A stretch of DNA of 29,212 nt from Octopus sinensis. Its lineage: Eukaryota. Below are positions 20,776-29,212 of this stretch, piece by piece. The notes below the pieces were generated by a model, which searched no databases, was not told the origin of the DNA, and was given only the letters and a program-made list of their open reading frames with translations. The DNA lies in NCBI RefSeq assembly GCF_006345805.1, contig NW_021833149.1, forward strand, positions 1-29,212, given 5' to 3'. How positions within the stretch are numbered: position 1 is the first letter of the stretch; each line of letters opens with the position of its first letter. The translations under genes and the position numbers were made by a program.

Positions 20776-20839
20776 TCAAAAAGTCTCTATAATAGTTCAA
20801 AAAGTCTCTATAATTGTACGAATAGTTCAAAAAGTCTCT
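20767..20839. repeat. Tandem repeat, 3 x AATAGTTCAAAAAGTCTCT with short linkers
   Basis: Read directly from the sequence. Confidence 0.9.
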
Positions 20840-20852
20840 TCACAGTGAATTT

Positions 20853-21028
20853 TTTTAGAAGAGTCAACTTCTTTAGAAGAATCAATTTATGTATTTTAGA
20901 AGAATCAACTTATGTATTTTAGAAGAGTCAACTTCTTTTTGGAAGAATCAACTTAGGTATTTTAGAAGAGTCAACTTTTTTTATAAGAGTCAACTTAGGT
21001 ATTTTAGAAGAGTCAACTAACTTATGTA
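20853..21028. repeat. Minisatellite, 8 units of about 19-23 bp, consensus TTTTAGAAGARTCAACTT(AKGTA)
   Basis: Eight AGARTCAA cores in tandem, with no unique spacers. Confidence 0.9.
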
Positions 21029-21199
21029 TTGAAAATAAAGGACGACACTTTCAACACTTCTTATAAAGATGTTTGAAGTCTTGTAAAATCTAATATATTC
21101 TTTTGTAGTCTTATACCATCTTATAAATATTTATTATGCAATAAAATACTTATTGCGGGGAGACTTCTTGAACATCCTATAGAAAGAATTATTATTCAG

Positions 21200-21385
21200 G
21201 CCGCGAACTGATAGAATTGTCAGCACGTCAAATAAATATGCTTGACGGCTTTTTTTTCCTTGCTTTTTTACCATCTCAGTTCAAATTCCGCGGGGATCAA
21301 CTTTGGTTTTCATTCTTCAGAGTCAATAAAATAAGTACCTGCTGTGTACTGGGGACCCGATGTAATCGGCTGACATCCTCCCTTC
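21200..21385 (+). mobile_element. SINE family B, old copy
   Basis: tcagttcaaattccgcgggg...aataaaataagtacc...cgatgtaatcgg. Confidence 0.7.
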
Positions 21386-22176
21386 TGACCATGTGCCTTA
21401 ACTGGAAGCAATTTTTATTAGTTACTACAAATACAAATTTCAAATATGGCGGAGGTGATTACAGAATAGAATATGGAGGAAACAAAAAGCCATGAAAATC
21501 AACAAAATAAAAACGAACAGGATTTCTGAATGACGAACGTCTCACAATAGGGGGAGGTGGGCGTTTAACCTCCTGGGGCCAACCAGGAAATACCACGTAT
21601 CTCCACCTTCTCTGGATTACTCTTACTGCCAAAAGATTTAATCATATATATTAACAGCATGCCTTGTATAAAACCTTCCCGCCTTCCAGCTTCTTTTAAT
21701 TCTATAATTCCAACCTTGCTTTGTTATTCCTTTTGGGTGCTATTGTCATATCCGTATATTTTATCTATTTATTTATTATTCATTTGTTATATTTTGTCTA
21801 GCTATAACAGTGTTTTCTTTATTTAAATGACACGTGTTGATCTTCATTAAGATATATTGATGTACATCTTTGATATATGACGGTCGTTGATATATTTATG
21901 TATGTGCATAAAGATTATTTATTTGCTTGATTATGTTTTCTTTTTTTCATTTTGCATTTATTAATTCTATTCTTGTACCTTCTCTCTCTATGTATGTGTT
22001 TGTATTTGTATTTTATGTGCACGTATGTATGTTCTGTCAACTTTTATATATGTACTATATATGGGTTGTCCACTGACTAACGTTTGTATATTTTTTAATC
22101 AACTCAGGTATCCGTGTTCCGTTAACGCATCTATGTTTCTCATACTAACACATGAGTGTTTCTATTCCGTTAATTC

Positions 22177-22246
22177 ACACATGTGGTTTCTTTTAACACA
22201 CGTGCGTGCCTACACATGTGGTTTCTTTTAACACACGTGCGTGCCT
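22177..22246. repeat. Exact 35-bp tandem duplication within a degenerate TTAACAC-motif minisatellite (about 22070-22390)
   Basis: ACACATGTGGTTTCTTTTAACACACGTGCGTGCCT occurs at 22177-22211 and 22212-22246. Confidence 0.9.
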
Positions 22247-23558
22247 TGTTAACACATGTATGTTCGGTTAACACATATAGACGCGTTCTGTTAACTCGCG
22301 TATGTATGTTCTTTTAACAGGCGTGTTCTGTAAACACGTGTAGGTTATGTTCTATTAACATTTTCGTGTGTTTTTTTTTAAACAGACATTTATGTTCTTC
22401 TTAATTTATAAACCGTAAAAAGATGGTAAACATAAACGCAGGTGAAAGAAGAGAAATGTTGCCCTTTGTGCATTTCGGTTACCTGGCGTTACATATCGGT
22501 GTTGATGCATATTTTTACGTATGTCTCATACATACGCATGCGCGAGTTTATATGTGTGTATGTGTGCGTGTTTAATGCATAAGTGTTTGAGTGATTGTAT
22601 TACATTCGCAGAGACTAATACAGAGCCGGGTACATGTTTATCAATATTTAGTAACTGATCTGTTGAACTCGTACAATGGTTTCGTGGTTTCATGAAACTC
22701 ATGCCATGGTTTTTTGTCTGTGACCTGTATATGGCGCTCGTCAGACAATTACTTCTCTTTCCCACCTGGTCGATATTATAGTCACTCACTTTCGTGTGAA
22801 ACTACAGTATGGATGCTAACAGCAGTATAGTCCTTAAATATGTATATATATATATATATATACATAAATGTTTGTGTGTATGAGTGTGTGGCCCTGTGCA
22901 TGCAAGTATGCATTCATACATCCGTATATGCATGTCGGTCTGTGACTGTGAGTGAGTGTGTGTGTGTGTATGTGTGTGTTTTGACATCGCTGCATCTATT
23001 CCGATGTCTATATATGTGTAAAGAAGATACAGAGATAATATATCCGGAACGTTAAAAAAAAAAGACAAAAGGCACCAAAAAAAAGTACTTTAAAAGATCC
23101 TATGTGTAAAACAAAAGTCACATTTCCTCTATTTTTCTTCTGACCTTTGAATTTACAACATCCCCGAAATTTTTCCTCAAGTTCCCTCTCCCTTTTTTGT
23201 CCAAACCGATCCTACCTCTCTAACAACCTTTATAAAAACTAGTAACTTTTACTTGCTAAGGTTACGTCATAGGGTAACCACGACCACTTCTCACTCTAAC
23301 GCTTCTATCATATCATGTCACTTCTTTAAACAAATTAATTGTTAGTGCACCGGGCGCTTCAAAATCCTTTCTGTGTGACCTCTCTACTCTAATAAATTAA
23401 ACCATTGTACCCGTAGCTACTTCATCTTAGACTCACTAAAATGTCACTTCTTTTTCCATTTGTATTTCTCATGTACTCACCGACACCAATTTAGAAACTT
23501 AACTTGGCTTCACCCTCGCTTCACATTAATAATGTAGAGACACACGCATATATATATG

Positions 23559-23615
<57 letters not shown>

Positions 23616-23972
23616 TGTGTGTGTAAGAGACAATGTTCGTCGTTCTCATGGATGGACTTCCTTTTCGATCTCAAATAAATGGTTGATTAATATATATATA
23701 TATATATATATATAAACGACCCACTCTAAAACCTAATTATCGCTCCACCCAAACGCACACATCTGAGGAAGATTTTAACTGAACGGAGATAATATAAAAC
23801 CAAGATTACCTTCAGTGCATCGCAATCTCACGATGGCTTAACTGACCGAAACCTCGAAGTCACTATCAATAATATTCTTGCCTAAGAATAATAAATTTGT
23901 ACTCGACAAAAGTATAGAGTGACCAATCAGATTAGTGTGAAACTGTTTTCATTACAACTGAACATAAAAACG

Positions 23973-24031
<59 letters not shown>

Positions 24032-24487
24032 TGGTGTGTGTGTGTGTGTGTAAAGGCTGTTGTAAAGACAACTCAGTTTCCCGTTGCCATTAGATGACGG
24101 TATATTCACCGTAGTGTCTTGATTTTTTTAAGTATTGTCGTTAACCAATGATCACAGGAGACGGTAGTATGTTGAGCTCTGAGCTTACGATAAATGGAAA
24201 GCACTTTGGGTATCTTTCTCAAAAAAAACTACCTACTTAGAAGATCCTGAGTCAAAATCTGCTACAGAGATATTTATGAATCCATGCATTTGAGCTGGGA
24301 AGGCCATTATATGCAACTTCTTTCAGTATTCACATATATGAAAGAAAGAATAGTATATTCCCCCATCTTTCGACAACAGAACAAAATCCCTTCCTTAATT
24401 ACCCCCCTTTGTTACTTACTCTCTAATACTAAAGAAAATAAACTTTGTACTTTCACTTGTATTTTTTTTTATTTTTATTATTACTAG

Positions 24488-25054
24488 AGTGTGGAGGCAA
24501 GCCAGCTGACGTATACTTTCTACTAGATTCTTCCAGTAGTATATGGCAACCTGATTTTAAGAAAGAACTATCGTTTGTGGAACATGTTATGGATCTTTTC
24601 AATACAGAAAACAGTAACGCGAAGATCGGTTTGGTTACCTTCAGCGACAAGGTACAACCAGTAATGAGTCTTGGTTCCTATAATAAAAGCAAAGTGAACG
24701 AGATCCTTTCTCGGCCGGAAATCTATTTGACTGGTGGAGAGACAGATACGGCTAAGGCCATTAAATATGTGAGAGAGAACGGTTTCCAGGGACCACTGGC
24801 ACGTAAAGGAGTGGCCCAAATTATGGTCGTTTTGACCGACGGCCAGTCCAGAGATTACAACAATACGGTTCGAGAATCTCGTCTCACTCACCAGGCAGGT
24901 ATCTATGTGTTCGCTATAGGTATCGGAAAGGACGCTGATTACAAAGAATTGAAGCAAATCGCCAGTGACCCGGATATAAACTTCGTCTTTCGCGTCGATG
25001 TCTTTGATGCATTGGATTCGATAAAAGATATTTTGGTATTCAAAACTTGTGAGG
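24488..25054 (+). CDS. Coding exon encoding a second complete VWA domain of the same gene
   Basis: T-rich tract and ctag acceptor end at 24487; donor G|GTGAGT at 25055. Length 567 nt, phase 1-1, frame CGGKPADVYFLLDSSSSIW...GGETDTAKAI...VVLTDGQS...FAIGIG...FKTCE. MIDAS DSSSS/T/TDG intact. Same architecture as 6416-6997. Confidence 0.93.
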
Positions 25055-25224
25055 GTGAGTTTTCAAAGATATATTTATTGCCAGAGAACAGCGACTACCT
25101 CTTGCTACCTTACCCGCTTACAACTATGACAGTCGAAAAGGAGGCTAACACGTAGACAGATAAACACACATACACGCACGCACACATACCACACACACTC
25201 ATCTATACATACATATATAAATAT

Positions 25225-26420
<1,196 letters not shown>

Positions 26421-26560
26421 CATGGAAGAAAAAGAAACCAGACAGATGGGGAAACAGAAATATTTACTTTACCTTGTTTCGTTTCTTTAGTTTTATATAC
26501 AGAATGACCCACTTTTTGCGCGGTTTATACATACTTACGCATATAGGTACCCCTGCAAAT

Positions 26561-26606
<46 letters not shown>

Positions 26607-26997
26607 GCATACTTATATCCATGTTTATACGTGCAAACGAGAGATGACTCAATGCATGATATAGAACAACATAAAATAATCATTGATAGATTAGTAATTA
26701 GATATTAATTCCTTTGGTTCTCAGAGTACGCAGCTGCTTTATGCTTTTGCTTGATGAGGCTGCGGTCATCTCAGGCTAGTGGTCCCTGATACATCAGTGT
26801 GCATACAGCCGACCAAGTCCGCCAGCGGTCTCCATCGCTGGCGGCTCAAAGCAAAATTGTGTGATCGACCTATGTTTCACTAACGAAGATGGACGACAGT
26901 TTTTCTTTAAGACGGTTGTGTGTCCAGGTGCATTTCTTGGTCGAAAATGTTACATGCTGAAAAACGATTATATATAATATATATTATATTCTTATAA

Positions 26998-27029
<32 letters not shown>

Positions 27030-27042
27030 TTATATAATATAT

Positions 27043-27086
<44 letters not shown>

Positions 27087-27100
27087 CGTATATATATGGA

Positions 27101-27293
27101 CTTCGGCCATGCTGGTGCACCGTCTTGAAGGGTTTAGTAGTCGAAAGAGTCGATCCTAATACTTATTGTTTCAAATCTGATAATTCTAACGCTTACTTCT
27201 GCCGAACCACTATGTTACGCGGACGTAAATAAACCAACGGGTGAGAGGGGACAAGCTAACAATGAATAGATAAATAAATAAATAAATAAATAC

Positions 27294-27325
<32 letters not shown>

Positions 27326-27450
27326 TAATAATAATAATGACACACACACACGCAACATACACAAGTAAGTATATAACGGTCTTCCGTCTACCAAATCCAC
27401 TCACAAGGTATTAGTCAGTCCGGCCCTACAGTAAAAGAGCAAGACACATG
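27101..27450 (-). mobile_element. SINE family A, old and rearranged
   Basis: cggccatgctggtgcaccg..., ttctgccgaaccact, and ttccgtctaccaaatccactcacaagg. Confidence 0.7.
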
Positions 27451-27787
27451 ACGTCTTCCTCTTTTATAGCAGTCCCGGACATACATAATCATATGCGCAT
27501 AAATAAATATATAATGAGATAGGTCCATTTAGGTGGACGGAGCACAATATGAGTAGAAACCGAAATATTATTGTGCAAGAATATTTTCCAGTCATGCAAA
27601 TGAAAATGCTTAACTTCTGCTTTGATTTGATTTCTCCAAATATACTTATTGAATTCAGATACAGTCGGTTTACGAATATTTACTCATCAATCAGTCGTAC
27701 GAAGCTACAGGTTGCCTTCAGCTTTTTAAGATATCCTCTCATTTATTTTTGGCTTTTCTTTTTTGTTTTGGTTCTAGTTTTGGCAAG

Positions 27788-28164
27788 CGTATTTACGGAT
27801 TTACCCTTATATATATATATATATAGATACAAAATACATAATACATATATATATACAATAATAATACACACACACATATATTTACGTAATACATATAATA
27901 TATAATATATATATATATATATAATACATTATATATATCATAAATAATATATATATTAATATATATATAATATATATATAATACATATATATATATAATA
28001 TATATATATATATATAATATATATATATATATAATATATATAATATATAGAATATAGATATATATATATATATTATAATACATATTTATATATGTATGTA
28101 TGTATATGTATTATGTGTATGCTATGTGTTGTATATGTATTTGTGTGTATATATATATTCTATA

Positions 28165-28218
<54 letters not shown>
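27788..28218. repeat. Long degenerate (TA)n tract
   Basis: Read directly from the sequence. Confidence 0.9.
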
Positions 28219-28219
<1 letters not shown>

Positions 28220-28944
28220 TATTGCTTCATTGATCAGGGCTCCACCTTTTTATTTTTTGTATGCCAATCACCTTTTGCACAATCATAAGAATACTAACCC
28301 GTCTTCTCCTTCACTCTTACCCATTACTCCTACTCTCTATATTTCATTTCAACACTCTCTCTCTCTCCCTACCTCTATCTCTCTCTCTCTCTTCATCTTT
28401 TTACCCACCTTTCGTTTTTGCCTTTTACCATTTTCCAACTCCTGTTTGGCATGATTTGGCTTCTACGATCGCTGTTAATACAAAATGGAAGTTTTGTTCA
28501 ACTTTCTTATGCATGTGAATACTGATTTTTTTATACATAAATATATTTTTTTACGCATTCTTACACATATGTGAGCTATACGCATGCGTATACTTATACA
28601 TTTTATGCACGTATAAATGATTTTTCGAGGCATGCATACGTATATTGTCCAATAAAACACAGACGGGACTGACTGAGTCCTAACGCAGGCCTTAGTGCTT
28701 ATTTTGTCATATGTTTTATCTCCAATAATACGAAATTATTATCGTATTTGACCATTAGTTCCTAACTATGTATTTTTTTTCCATATGAGAAATGTCTACA
28801 AGGATGAGAACGTAAATAGTTGAACTCTACACAAAGTATTTAAATCTTAGATCAAATTCTTCTGCAGTTGTCCGCTACAAGCTTTTGTGGTTCGGGTTGG
28901 AATTTTGGAGTGGAGTAACCGTCCACTGTCATGATCCACGACTA

Positions 28945-29125
28945 TATCTCTCAGTACAGTTCTATATTAAAGAGATGAGGAATTATGTACATTATTTACA
29001 TTTGACGGATATCTGTCCTCATCTTGTTTGTTGTTAACACAACATTTCGGTTGATATACCCTCCAGCTTTCATCAGGTGTCTTGGAGAAATTTCGAACCT
29101 GGGTTCTCATTCCTAAGTTATTTTT
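28945..29125 (-). mobile_element. Penelope-like terminal-repeat fragment carrying a degenerate minimal hammerhead (29036-29081)
   Basis: Minus strand reads GACAC-CTGATGA-AAGCTG gagggtatat CAACC-GAAA-TGT-T-GTGTT. Followed on the + strand by (ATT)n. Confidence 0.55.
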
Positions 29126-29129
29126 CGAT

Positions 29130-29170
29130 GTTGTTATATTATTATTTTATTATTATTATTATTATTATTA

Positions 29171-29212
<42 letters not shown>
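29130..29212. repeat. (ATT)n microsatellite running off the window end
   Basis: Read directly from the sequence. Confidence 0.95.

Noticed and set aside
20853-21028. CRISPR-like array
   Set aside because: No unique spacers, variable unit length, eukaryotic context and no cas genes.
24445-24487. Hydrophobic 'signal peptide' MYFHLYFFLFLLLL at the start of ORF 24445..25155, and the extension after 25054
   Set aside because: This is the polypyrimidine tract of the acceptor, and the extension lies beyond a consensus donor.

Overview
AT-rich, microsatellite- and SINE-dense eukaryotic DNA. The repeat families look like those I associate with octopus genomes (inference; no database search was run). 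The window is mostly intronic sequence of one + strand gene for a secreted-type multi-VWA (von Willebrand factor A) extracellular matrix protein of the matrilin / collagen VI-like / molluscan matrix type. Two whole-domain VWA exons are clear (6416-6997 and 24488-25054, both phase 1-1, intact MIDAS motifs). A 75-nt phase 1-1 linker exon at 13800-13874 is probable, and a 28-nt exon at 4410-4437 is possible. The gene's start and end are not securely located. Almost all other ORFs in the track are translations of microsatellites or SINEs. The introns contain at least four tRNA-headed SINE families (some with clear target-site duplications, some nested or in head-to-tail arrays), a Helentron-type non-autonomous element, two MITEs, an RTE LINE remnant, two inverted copies of a ~550-bp element embedded in (AAT)n, and several minimal hammerhead-ribozyme-like motifs of the Penelope type. 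I found no convincing evidence of a wholly new protein-coding system. The most promising leads are the intronic hammerhead motifs, the (AAT)n-targeted element, the three-level nested insertion with an in-window empty site, and the dense inverted repeats around the linker exon.
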